DNA of 64,000 nucleotides from Octopus bimaculoides (Eukaryota), in NCBI RefSeq assembly GCF_001194135.2, contig NC_068986.1, forward strand, positions 55,751,118-55,815,117. Reading direction: 5' to 3'. Under the pieces are notes generated by a model, which was not told where the DNA came from, ran no database searches, and worked only from the letters and a program-made list of their open reading frames with translations. A program made the translations under genes and the position numbers. Below are positions 1-11,600 of the stretch, one piece after another (positions within the stretch are counted from its first letter, which is position 1; every line of letters starts with the position of its first letter).

Positions 1-420
1 ATATATGCATGCCAAAGCCCGCTGCCAGACTTTGGTGCCTGGGGCTGGAGAGCTTCAGAATATTCCGGATGGAATAATAATGCTGAAGTGGGGTTTCGAA
101 ATAAGTGGAGTAAATCTGAAGGTGCACAGTTGAATAGTGACAGAGCAGTGCCTTCCAGTGCACCCTTTAAGTGACGAGCATGTATAGGCCAGAGTTTTGC
201 TGTTTTGATCTATGCCAACTCTGATACTCTGATTTAGATATTCCTACCTTGACCATCTCTTCACTTTAGAGGTTTCTCTGAGAACATTATTTAATGCTTC
301 ATGCCTTTATTGAAGACGACAGAGAACGACTCAAGGGATATTAGGTTGCTGTTTGTAACAGGTTATACCTCCATGCAGACTTTCCTACGTTGACTCCGAA
401 TAATCTTGTTGATTTTTGCT
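1..420 (-). mobile_element. Probable CR1-like LINE 3' relic
   Basis: Minus-strand translation near 130-160 gives LFNCAPSDL, resembling the CR1 C-terminal 'LFNxLPxxLR' motif also seen at 57.1-57.2 kb. Heavily decayed. Confidence 0.3.
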
Positions 421-735
421 GCTGTCTATGCTGTTGCAATTAGCACCATGGTCTAAAATCACAGTGAAATATAGATCCATCCTCTTGAGGAACTCTAATT
501 AAATACTGGTTATGTGCTTAAGAAGTTTACTTCTCATATGGTGGTGTCTACTGCCATAACCTTGGGTTGATCCAAATCTTGTGAGGGAAACTGTATGGAA
601 TCACGTAGGGTAGACGATCTGTTCTTGGATGGTACATTTAATCTGACATCCAGTTTAACATAAACACTCGATCATTAGTTGTTTTAATAACCCCCACCCT
701 AAGTTGCAAGCTTGCAGGTTAAATCGGATAAATCT

Positions 736-1487
736 CTCTTATCTCTCTTAATCCTTTTTGTCCCTTGTGGAGCATAGGGCCTCAACACTTATTTTCCACT
801 TTTTGCGGTCATTGGCGTGTTTCTTAGCTGCTTCTCATGTCAGGCCAGTGGTCCTGAGCTCGTCCAAAATGCTCCGCTTCCATGTCTGCTTCGGGCGTCC
901 TTGCTTCCATCTCCATTTCCTTCGTCTAATCTGAACATGTATGGGTTCCTGGTTGGCCCTTTCCCACAGGTCGGTATTTGGCACTCTGTCGAACCACTTC
1001 AGATGGAGGATCTGCCGGAGACATTTGTTGATGAAGGTCTGTTTCAGAGCCATACAAAAGCACAGATTTTACGTTTGAACTAAATAAGCAGAGTTTAGTT
1101 CGAGTTGAGATGGCAGTGGACTTCCATACCGGCCGAAGAATAGCGAAGGCTTGCCAAGCTTTCTTGCTTCTTGCAGTGATGTCCACGTCTGATCCACCTG
1201 ATTTGCTGATCTTGCTGCCAAGATAGACAAACTCACTAACATCCTCCACAGGTGCCCCCTCGATTGTGATTGGCTCTTCCTGCTTGTTGTTGATACGCAG
1301 CACTTTTGTCTTTTCCTGACTGATCCTCAAGCCCACTCGCCGTGAAGTTTCTCACAGGTGGTCGACTTTGAAAAAGCATTTGACAGCGTAGACAGGCAGA
1401 CAATCTGGGACATCTTACGACACTATGGTGTGCCAGAGAAGATCGTGGGCATTATTCGATTACTCTACGAGGAGTTTTCTTGCCAGG
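736..1487 (-). mobile_element. RTE-clade LINE fragment with inverted 5' segment, flanked by 12-bp target-site duplication
   Basis: The minus strand encodes the RT C-terminal region (VGLRISQEKTK..FVYLGS..VKSVLLYGSET..QTFINKCLRQIL..RRRKWRW..GRPKQTW). Positions 1361-1487 encode VDFEKAFDSVDRQTIWDILRHYGVPEKIVGIIRLLYEEFSCQV on the PLUS strand. TCGGATAAATCT occurs at 724-735 and 1488-1499. A short tandem tail (taagagaga) lies at the 3' end. Confidence 0.9.
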
Positions 1488-2319
1488 TCGGATAAATCTG
1501 GAAGAATGTAACTCAGATAATGAACAAGGATAGTAGAATCTATATAACTGTATAACTTCATAACTTCATTTCCTCAACATAGGCTTCCGTTAACTTGAAA
1601 AAACGTCTTCACACCTAGACGATGTATACCCTTGTTATTTTTCTCTCAGGGTTAATTCCACTATTGACTACCGCGGTGAACTTACCTTCTCGACGTAATC
1701 AGGCAGGAAGTACAGAAGGGAAGTATTGTTTTAATGTTTTATCCATTTCGTATTATTTCCTCGTCGATGTATAATCCCAATCATCGTATCTTTCAGAAGT
1801 TGCTGAAAAAAGCGAGTCACACAACTTCTATGTTCAAAACAATAGATGAATGAACTATGTAACACAGTGAAGAGCTTCTATTCATTTAATATAATCAAAC
1901 ATTGTTAAAGCTCTCTAACTGAGAGTTACAACATCTGATTCATCGTATTTTGCGCTGTTTTGCAAGATTTTTGTTGCTTACATTATTAGATGCCATGTGT
2001 CACTGTAAAAACGACCAAAATGTCTATGGGAGTTACTTTAGTGCCTGGGCGCTTCCACCACATGACTGCTTAAAGAAAGTATCTTTGAAACTATGGTACA
2101 TAGTGTTCAGGCTGAGGACCGCACCGCGCACACAAGCTTGCAATGGTATCTGGGTATATTCAATATACCCTCTTCATTGTGAATTTTTCTACTTTTTATA
2201 CCGGTTGATATTATTCTGACCCAACAAGTTATAATCAAAAGCGTTCCTGCTGTGGCCATCCATACTTTGAAATATATCCATAAGTGAATTATCTAACGCA
2301 TTCTTCCCTTTTTAAGTTG

Positions 2320-3050
2320 TTAGGATGTTATTTGAGACAGATCTGGTGCTACTCCTGGCAGGTAGATAAACTTTGTAAAAGTACCCCTCCCCTCATGTGT
2401 TCGTGGTATACCTGTAGATTCTTTCTGTGAAGGGAGGTACAGTCGGAACATGATAATTATTACTCTGCATTTATTGCTATCTGTGTGTAACCTAATAGTG
2501 CCAAAATTAAGTGACCTCATTAAGGCAGTTGTTGTTTTGATGTGAATATGGTCTTTCTGATTGTCTGGATTAGAGAGCCGAATATTGCTCTTCAGAAGGT
2601 GTTGTTTCAGATATGTCTGGGTGTTTGAAGTGATTAAACATACAGTAGTAGGGGCTGAGTGTTGGAGCTTATTCTTTGCATGCCCAGATGAGCTTTCATT
2701 TTAGCTATTTTTATTTGTCTGTATTGCTGGCCCGTACGGATTGTGTAGAACCTGTGATAATGAGAATTGCACTGGTTTGTATTTTTCTACTCTATTGTAT
2801 AGAGAACGTGGGACCTGACAAAACTGGTGCTATTCATTATAGATTTAATATGTTGTTTGGACTCCAGTCATAAGAGTGCTTTAAGTGTATTTGTGTGTGT
2901 TTTATGTATTTTGTGAATGTTGAATTGTAATTTTCAGTAATTTTGTCTTGTGTGAGGTCGTTTGTTATTTTGAGAAGAAGGGGAGGTCGGATTTGGAAGG
3001 TACGTCTTTCGGCCTATTTGTTTGAAGTTAAGTTTCTAGGCGGTTCATAT
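2320..3050 (-). mobile_element. Highly decayed Penelope-like RT relic
   Basis: Only fragmentary motif resemblance (..APVLS.., YLPGVAPDL similar to PLE 'PYxPGxSE'); many stops and frameshifts. Confidence 0.25.
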
Positions 3051-3424
3051 CGAATTATAGTAAGAATGTAAGAGGAATTAACTGTGATGCCATCTATGTA
3101 TGATTTTATGTGTATGTGATTTAGAGAAGAGAGAAAGCCATTTGAGATATAGGTTAAAAAGAGAGAAGAGATGATTGTTGCACACAATCAGCAAATTGCA
3201 GATTTTAGATATCTTATTATTGTGTATTACATTCGCTTGACGAACTAAGAGATCGTTCTTTAGTCAGTATGGTGTTTTTAAGAGCTAATTTTGCATTTTT
3301 ATTGCAAATGGATAGATAGTAATGAATGGTTTAAAATGCTTTCCTAATGCCAGTGGTTGTTAGAATGATAAGTACAAGACTTTTTGAAGTGTTAAAGACC
3401 TCATGTATTATTCATCTTTTATCT

Positions 3425-4010
3425 TCTATCTTTTTCTTGTTTCAGTCATTTGACTACAGTCATGCTGAGGCACCGCCTTGAAGGGTTTTAGTCGAACAAA
3501 TCGACCCCAGGACTTATTTTCTTAAGCCTAGTATTTATTTTATCAATCTGTTTTGCCGAACCGCTGACTTTCGGGGACGTAAACACACCAACACCGGTTG
3601 TCGAACAGTGGTAGGAGGACAAACACAGACACAAAGACACATACATACACATTGATACATACATACATACACATTGATACATACATACATACATACATGC
3701 ATACATACACATTGATACATACATACCTACATACATACATACATACATACATACATACATAAATACATACATACACACACACACACTCACACTCACCACG
3801 CACACACACACACACAGACATACACACACACACATACGCACATGACAGTTTCTTTCAGTTTCTGTCTACCAAATCCACTTATTAGGTTTTGGTCGGTCCG
3901 AGGCGGCTATAATAGAAGACACTAGGCCAAGGTGCCACGCAGTGGAACTGAACCCGGAATTATGCGTTTGAGAAGCATGATTCTTACCATACAGCCACGC
4001 CTGCACCTAT
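3425..4010 (-). mobile_element. tRNA-derived SINE family A (CORE-like central domain, internal microsatellite)
   Basis: Reverse complement of the copy at 31318-31752: head (gtggctgtatggtaagaa..ccgggttcagttccactgcgtggcaccttgg), ..ggatttggtagacagaaactgaaagaaac, internal (ACAT)n/(CA)n, and tail ..gactgaaacaagaaaaaga. Confidence 0.9.
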
Positions 4011-4019
4011 TGTTGTAAG

Positions 4020-5030
4020 ATTTGTGAATAATGTACGAATGAAGTGTAGTGGCGTGAAGTCATGTAAATTACAAAGAAGAATGAAGGTTTCTGACATTAA
4101 CGAAGAGTTTTTCGCTCAATATCAGGGTTCGTGCATAATAAGGTAATATACCACTGTGATGCTGCTTTCTCAAACTTGGGGGATTCAGCAGTGCTGGAAT
4201 ACATAATTGAAAATATTGATGAGGTCATATTTTTCGCATAGTCAGAAATACAGTGAACCACCGATTCACCTGTTAGAAAACTAAAAACCATCGACACTAT
4301 TGTTAACAGATGCTGATATAAAGTAAATAGGTGATTTGAGTGTATGTTTGTGATCGTATAGGGCCTGGAGTGTTTGACTATTGTGATTTCTTTATTGCAT
4401 TTCCGGTACGGACTTAGGTGTGACGTAGCTAGCGTTTTAGGTTTCTATCTCCAGTGCTAGGTTTTGGTGACTGGTATAGGAATAAATTAATTTACAAGCT
4501 ATTGAAGTGTGGATAAGGTGCTGTCACATGTAATGGGTGTATGGTCGTTTTTAGAGTTGTTGAGGCTACCTTGAATAATTTATTACTTCTTGTCTTAAGG
4601 TTTATATCAGATATAAGTAGTTGTTGGTTTTCTACTTTACTTCGGCTTATTTTCTTCTTCCTTACTTGTTTAGTTGCTTGACCCTAATCATTATTTTTGT
4701 TCTGTGAAGTTATATTGTTGTGTATAAATGTGTCTCTCGTTGTTATCAGGTTCGCCATTTCAACTGTATAAATAAGATTCTATGAAATATGTTTGTGAAA
4801 GCGTAACAGTTATTTTATTAAATATAAATACTGTAGTATTAAGTTGATAATTGAATATTTGCAGTAATGTTGCTTTCTGTGAACTTTAATTCTGTCCAAG
4901 GGTGAAAATGTCTCAAAATTTGTTTTAATTTGTAAGAATGCTTTTATTGCGTTGATTGATGTGTAGTAAAGTTGTGATGATAAAGTTGGTTGATTGTTTG
5001 CCATGTGATCGAGGTAGCCAAGCGGAGCAA
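4020..5030 (-). mobile_element. Penelope-like element RT fragment (inverted relative to adjacent endonuclease fragment)
   Basis: The minus strand gives SPYRKCNKEITIVKHS (PLE 'PYRKPN..Y.N..SNHP'), ESPKFEKAASQWY, and an FI..(FD)..LYTSI-like motif. Confidence 0.6.
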
Positions 5031-5035
5031 AATGC

Positions 5036-5700
5036 TTGTCTGGAGAAATCGACTTTCACATTGATACAGAGAGAATAGAGGCAGAGAGAATAGTCCATTC
5101 CAAGGAAAGGATCATAATAAACAATTTGATTTGGAATGGAATATTCTCCCCGTATCTTTTCCATATGATAAAAGTAAATCTTTGTCCGCTTTGTAACAGT
5201 GAGATGTACTTTATCCTGTTCTCAGAGAATCCCCTTGTAAGCACGTTTATAGAGAGCGTTTATCGTTGCAAACATTGGCAGAAATATACCTTTAGTTCCT
5301 ATAAGTGATTTCTACCATTCTATAAAATTCGACCTTTGACTGTCTTCTTACATTTCACTTCCACTAAATATATCTACTTCCATGACTTTAAGCTTTATTC
5401 TAGTTCACCTATCGCTCTATACCTCTCCACTATTAGTTTTCTGCTAATTTCTTTCTTTCACCTCCTGTTTCTATAAACTAATTTGACGTTGTATTTAATA
5501 ACAGTTTTTAAAAAACACTTGCTAGCGTTCCCTTCATCATATACACAGTCATCACATTCTGTTAAAATGTCTTATTGATGTGTTTGGCTTCTTTCTTTCC
5601 CTGATGAGACGATTGCATTGTTTTATACCATTTCATTCCTTCTGGAATAATACCAATGTTTTCTTCGAAACATATGTCGGAAGTAAAAAGATTTAAATAA
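5036..5700 (+). mobile_element. Penelope-like element 3' end: GIY-YIG C-terminal region, pyrimidine-rich 3' UTR, hammerhead
   Basis: ORF 5036-5308 ends CPLCNSEMYFILFSENPLVSTFIESVYRCKHWQKY, matching the PLE 'CxLCxxEKxxI...LNxRSE..CRH..K' C-terminus. A hammerhead motif follows at 5596-5683. Confidence 0.7.
5596..5683 (+). ncRNA. Type I hammerhead ribozyme motif (canonical core)
   Basis: Stem I tttcc(5596-5600)/ggaag(5679-5683); CTGATGA 5601-5607; long imperfect stem II 5608-5666; GAAA 5667-5670; stem III AC-ATAT-GT (palindrome ACATATGT); GUC cleavage triplet 5676-5678. Confidence 0.8.
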
Positions 5701-5717
5701 CACTTGTGTTTAACTCC

Positions 5718-5756
<39 letters not shown>

Positions 5757-6001
5757 NNNNNNNNNNNNNNNNNNNNNNNNNNNNNNNNNNNNNNNNNNNN
5801 NNNNNNNNNNNNNNNNNNNNNNNNNNNNNNNNNNNNNNNNNNNNNNNNNNNNNNNNNNNNNNNNNNNNNNNNNNNNNNNNNNNNNNNNNNNNNNNNNNNN
5901 NNNNNNNNNNNNNNNNNNNNNNNNNNNNNNNNNNNNNNNNNNNNNNNNNNNNNNNNNNNNNNNNNNNNNNNNNNNNNNNNNNNNNNNNNNNNNNNNNNNN
6001 N

Positions 6002-6037
<36 letters not shown>

Positions 6038-6184
6038 TTATTATTATTTTCCTAAGTGCAGAAGATTTGTTACTGGAGATGGGGCCTTGCTTACAAAAAC
6101 AATGGCGTTTCTATTGTTCGGCTAGCATTCTAGAAGTAACTACATTGATTTCTTTTATCTACTTGTATTTAGTACTGAATTGCC

Positions 6185-6224
<40 letters not shown>

Positions 6225-6770
6225 GAGTGAGAGAGCAGTGCATGCCCTCAAAGTAACACTGGAGTAAAATATACGAAGCCCAGTGTACCCATCATGACTA
6301 CCCGTCTTATAAGGGTACACCAGGCACATGCATCATAACCATATGTACGCGACATAGTGATCTCATGCCAAGATAAACAGTGCATGACCTTGCAGGTGAG
6401 GTACAGTTAGAATTTGCTTCAGGTCGAGTGGCCCATCCCGCTCAAAAAGTCTCTGAATAAGGATTAAGGATGTTGAACAAAATACACATGTTTCCAAAGA
6501 TGAATTATCCAAATCCCAAAGAATTCCTCTCGGCACATGCCTATGATGCTCCTCCACTTCTTCTGCTCGTGATCAGAAATGTATATATCTTCAACCACTG
6601 AGGAACATGCTCAACTGGTTAAGGTCAAACAACTGATCAGCAAATCTGTGGTATTAAGCAGAATGTTTGTTGTAACCAATCTTTTAAACCAAGACAAAAC
6701 AATGTACACGATAACACTTCCTATTAGTTAAGATGAGAAGCCATGAGAGCCACTGCCTGGTACCGCATCA
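6225..6770 (-). mobile_element. Unclassified ~550-bp interspersed repeat with (TAA)n tail, copy 1
   Basis: Clearly homologous to 6904-7353. Its end (ctctctcactc on the minus strand) abuts an (ATT)n tract at 6186-6224. The strand is inferred from the tail. Confidence 0.75.
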
Positions 6771-6784
6771 TATTATTATTAATG

Positions 6785-6860
<76 letters not shown>

Positions 6861-6868
6861 TATTATCA

Positions 6869-6903
<35 letters not shown>

Positions 6904-7353
6904 GAGTGAGAGAGCAGTGCATGCCATCAAAGTGACACTGGGGTAAAATATACGAAGCCCAGTATACCCATCATGACTACCCGTCTGATAAGGGTGCACC
7001 AGGAATATGCATCACAACCATATGTGCACGACATGGTGATCTCATATCAAGATAAACAGTGCATGACCTCGCAGGTGGGGCCCAGTTAGAATTTTCTTCA
7101 GGTCGAGTAGCCCATCCCGCTCCAAAGGTCCCTGAATAAGGGTTGTTTAAGGATGTTGAACGAAACACCCATGTTTCCAAAGGTGAATTATTCAAACCCC
7201 AAAGAATTCCTCTCAAGACATGGCTATCATGCTTTCCCACAACTTCTTCTCATGATCAGAGATGCATATATCGTCATCCACCAAGGGGCATACTCAGCTA
7301 GTTAAGGTCAAACAACTGACAAGCAAACCTGTGGTATTAAGCAAAATATTTGC
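6904..7353 (-). mobile_element. Unclassified (TAA)n-tailed repeat, copy 2 (shorter)
   Basis: Tandem homolog of 6225-6770, with (ATC)n/(ATT)n on one side and (ATT)n on the other. Confidence 0.75.
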
Positions 7354-7417
<64 letters not shown>

Positions 7418-7644
7418 CATTATTATTATTATATCGATGTAAAAACCCATTCAACCATGATCACTCATGTCGTTTTGCATATCACGTACAACGAATGTAC
7501 AATCAATGTAACCTTTTCGTCTTTCCTAAGAAGATAGGGCGTAAATTTGAGGAAGATTTGGTTGCTATCTCCAGCAGATCGGGTGATCGAGAAAAGGTTC
7601 CTTCGTTTATTCATTTCGAAAATCTTCCACCCATGACCATCCAT

Positions 7645-7730
7645 GCAGCAACAGTAGCAGCAGCAGCAGTTGCAGCAGCAGTAGCAGCAGTAGCAGCGGT
7701 AGCAGCAGTAGCAGCAGCAGCAGCAGTGGT
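7645..7730. repeat. Compound (AGC/AGT)n trinucleotide repeat
   Basis: gcagcaacagtagcagcagcagcagttgcagcagcagtagc... visible directly; source of the poly-Ala/Cys ORFs. Confidence 0.9.
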
Positions 7731-8519
7731 AGTTATTGTCATCCAGCACGGGTAAGCTCTGATTCTGCATATTACGATCAAAGGTACTATAGCCATATCC
7801 ATCCCGCCTTTTATGTTTTGGACTACATTATTCAATGTGTTCTTTTTAAAATAGTATGGTGTATAACTGGGGATGATATTGATATTATTTCTAGCAGAGC
7901 CTTCTACAATGGCACGATTAAGAAAGGCACCAAAAGATACATGCAAATACTCATGTAAGGGTGCAAACCGTTCTCTTACTTTTTAAAAATAAAATGTCGA
8001 ATTTATGATTTACCATTTAGAATACGTATTTTCATATGGAGCCACAAATAAACACACATACGCACACACAAACAAGCACATACATGCTGTGTATATGTCT
8101 AATCTATGTATGCAAAAAAAAAAAAGAAGACTATCGAGCACATACGTGTATAAACAGACTCAAGTCTCCGGACAATGAAGCAGTAATGATAGTTTAGGTG
8201 GATAAAATTATTAGTCTAACACACGATATGAATAGATTGTGAGGAATATCAGACTAATTTACAGAGTTGCTTTGTACATATATCTTCCTTTCTTTCTTTT
8301 TCTTCCTTCCTTCTTTTTCTCTCCCACTATATTATGTTTGTATGTATGTATGAGTGTATGTATGAGTGTGTGTGCGTGTATATATATATATATATATATA
8401 TATAGATTTGTATCTATGTATAGATACAAGTATGTACACTTAAACATACATACGCTCATATTTACATATACATGCGTAAGTACTTAGATACTTGCATACG
8501 TGCATTCATGAGTCTAGGA

Positions 8520-9710
8520 GAGATTTCTTTTCCTTTCAATCCTATCGATATTGTCTAGCTTTCGGGATATGTATCCATGCATAACCAACTTTTGGGATAC
8601 TAAACTAGATACTCGAAGAAATCTGCAACGGGAACATCAAGACAAGAAGGATGCTAACCACCACTGCTAACTTCCTCATTAGCAATAACTCTAACAAGAC
8701 CTATGTTAAATGAAGGAATGGAGACAGAAATATAAAGTTAGTCCAAACGGATTTTGAGTGCTGCATCGTATCACTCTGACAGTACTTATTGAACAGTAAA
8801 AAGTGATGCGAATACTTCATGTGTATACGAAACAGTGAAAGAAACAGCATCATAAGATTAAATGAAGAACTGAATAAATATTCTGAGTATACAACCGTTC
8901 CATATGAACCAATCGTAGCTAGACTGATCTACATAAACTAGGAGTTCGAGGAGAAATACCCATCATACCAGAAGGCAGTTGTGCATGGGTACATTGAAGG
9001 GACTTCTTGGATGTATGATAGACATATCACATCTCACCAGGAAAGCTACGCTTCTCTATACAGGAACAGGAGACACATAATGAATACTTGGTCAATAAGG
9101 GAGATAAGTTTACTACTAAGCTTCCACGATGTTTTAGAAAATGTTGATTGTGTTGTAACAGAATGGAGGATATCAACCATATCATCAGCAACTGTCCAAA
9201 AATGTCTGCACTGTACTACCTTCCCATGAAACATGGCATTGTTGCTAAAACCATTTACAATGCTATACGCAAGAAATATTGTCCCGGTGGTTATAGCAGA
9301 GGCACACCAAGACTAGAATGTTTTTACACCTCTAAAAATCTAGTATACTGATGGAACATTCCAATGAAGACAGTAACCTTCTACTAACTAAGTAGGTCCA
9401 ATATTGTCCTATGAGATGGGCAACAAAAGTCATGCACTATTATATAACTTAGCAAATGGGAATGCCTCGTCTAAAATTGTGGATAAGGAGAATATTTATG
9501 AACTAATAGTAAAACTTACAAGCTATAGATATTCCTTTGTACTTGTTATCATAGGTGCATTAATCCACGTAACTACTGGCTTGCATAAAAGCCTAGAAAT
9601 GTTAGTGATCTCTAAGAAAGAGCAAAACGAAATGATTCACATCTTCCAAATACAGACAATCAAGAAGACAGTGAAAATTCGTAAAATCTTTCAGAGAATC
9701 TCTAATTGAA
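8520..9710 (+). mobile_element. R4/Dong-type (RLE) non-LTR retrotransposon relic
   Basis: CCHC knuckle C..NRMEDINHIISNCPKMSALYYLPMKH..VAKTIYNAIRKK, then YWWNIPMKT and ..VIIGAL..V..GLHKSLE (RLE C-terminus). Many stops and frameshifts. Confidence 0.8.
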
Positions 9711-9781
9711 TATCCTAAAATGAAAGTAAGGAAATAATCGCATGTGCTTATGGCATATACACGCATGCATAAACAATGAGG

Positions 9782-9823
<42 letters not shown>

Positions 9824-10156
9824 ACACACACACACACACAAATGCGTGTGTGTGTGTGTACTAAAGTGAAATGCACACCCATTACTTGCGCGCGATTTTA
9901 TCTTTACATATACCGACATATATGCATCTGCTAACTTCTTCCCGTATTCATAAACCCCAGAAAGTGTTTTCAGTCAAATAAAATAATGTTGTTACAATGT
10001 GGGTGACCGGTTTGAATTCTAGAAATGATTCATTTAAATAAATCTCAAAGAGTAATAATACATATATACATAATACATATATACATATATACATATATAC
10101 ATATTACATACATATATACATACATACATACGTACGTACGTAGTACATACATACAT

Positions 10157-10230
10157 ACTGCTTCCCTATGCGGCACGATGCAGTAGCTAAAACAATTTAC
10201 AATGCCATCCGCAAAAAAGACTGTCCTGTA
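10157..10230 (+). mobile_element. Small fragment of the same R4/Dong-type family
   Basis: Encodes LPMRHDAVAKTIYNAIRKKDCP, near-identical to 9220-9285. Confidence 0.75.
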
Positions 10231-10404
10231 TAATGAAGAAATTGTACAAAATGTATAAATGGATGATTGAGTAAAGCACCGGCGCAGTTTCGATTACCTG
10301 TTGTTATCCGCAGATTTACTGCAGGAACTTCGTAGTGGCGGTTGGGGCAACAGTTTTAATAAAATAGGAGTTGGAATGTGTAATAGATTTTATTGGGTAC
10401 AACA

Positions 10405-10815
10405 AGTTTCAAGTTTCCGTCTACCGAATCCACTCAAAAGGCTTTGGTTGGCCTAAGGCTATAGTAGAAGTCACTTTCCCAAGCTGTCACGCAGAGGGAC
10501 TGAACCCAAAATCATATGGTTGGGAAGCTAGCTTCTTTATTTCATTTGATTAGCCATGAAAGCTGTACATAGAGTAGCAGAAGCTAGGGCTAGGCTAGGC
10601 AAAGACATTTATGAAAATATGGTAGGATGACACAGATGAAAAATGAGAGGGGCGCCAGTGCCCACCGACTGGCAACCCCTCGAAAACATTGTTTCAATAC
10701 AAATCATTTACAAATCAGTTATGCAATACAAATCAAATTCATTAATACAATTAATCATAACTAATTCGCCCCGTGGTGTGTAGTAAGAAGCTAGCTTCTT
10801 ACCACACAGCCACTC
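10405..10815 (-). mobile_element. SINE family A head, interrupted by a 249-bp insertion
   Basis: SINE head sequence at 10405-10537 resumes at 10787-10815. GAAGCTAGCTTCTT is duplicated at 10524-10537 and 10787-10800. Confidence 0.7.
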
Positions 10816-11424
10816 ATACATTTGTTATAATTTTCAACATTATTGCCTGTCGGGATTACTTCGCTATCCGTATTTCTCCTTTGATTTTTATTCTTACTCT
10901 TTCTACTGTTAAACTTGCATTGATTTCTACTTCATTTATATATTGTTGACAGAATCATTTTCAGTCAGAGTCGAAAGGTTTGTGTTGCTCAAGAAAGCAT
11001 AGTTGTTTTTCATAACAGACAGATTCCTTACGGTTTAACGAGGATCTCTTGATTCAGGCGTTCCTATTTATTATATCATATTTCTATAATATTTGTCTCC
11101 TTCTTTTTCAGTCATTAATGATATTTTCAGTTTGCTGGATGTTTTCGCTCAGCACAAAATAGAATTACTAATGACAATTTTAAGTGGATAAATAAAGATC
11201 AAACAAATACTGCAGTGGTGTTTGTAAATAAAATTTCTTCTTTTCTTATAAGTACAATTCCGTTCTTTATTTTCCATTGTTTATTTTGTATTTTAACTAT
11301 TTTTGTACCTAAAACGAGTTACATTTCCGTGAACTGAACGCAAGATCGATATAAATCGTATCCAAGGTAATGATTGTGAAATAATCTAAGTTAAAAAAAT
11401 GAAAATTATTATTAAGCATTGTTT

Positions 11425-11600
11425 AGAAGGTGGCGAACAGACAGAATCGTTAGCACGCATGTCAAAATGCTTAGTTCTGAGTTCAAATTCCGCCGAGGTC
11501 AACTTTGCCTTTTATCCTTTCGGAATCGATGAAATAAGTACCAGTTACGCACGTGGGTCGATGTAATCGACTTGCCCCCCCCCCCCAAAGTATCAGGATT
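11425..11600 (+). mobile_element. tRNA-derived SINE family B
   Basis: aaggtggcgaacagacagaatcgttagcacg..ctgagttcaaattccgccgaggtcaactttgcctttt..gggtcgatgtaatcgact; B-box-like gagttcaaatt; homologous to 45005-45235. Confidence 0.85.

Noticed and set aside
1686-1803. Minus-strand exon-like unit (ttttttcag acceptor, AAG|GTAAGT donor)
   Set aside because: All three frames contain stops; could only be a non-coding exon, which cannot be supported here.
5704-6267. Long ORFs spanning N-runs (also at 11.7-12.3, 22.6-23.3, 39.4-40.2, 42.0-42.6, 51.3-52.2 and 55.4-56.0 kb)
   Set aside because: They are open only because N codons and flanking microsatellites contain no stops.
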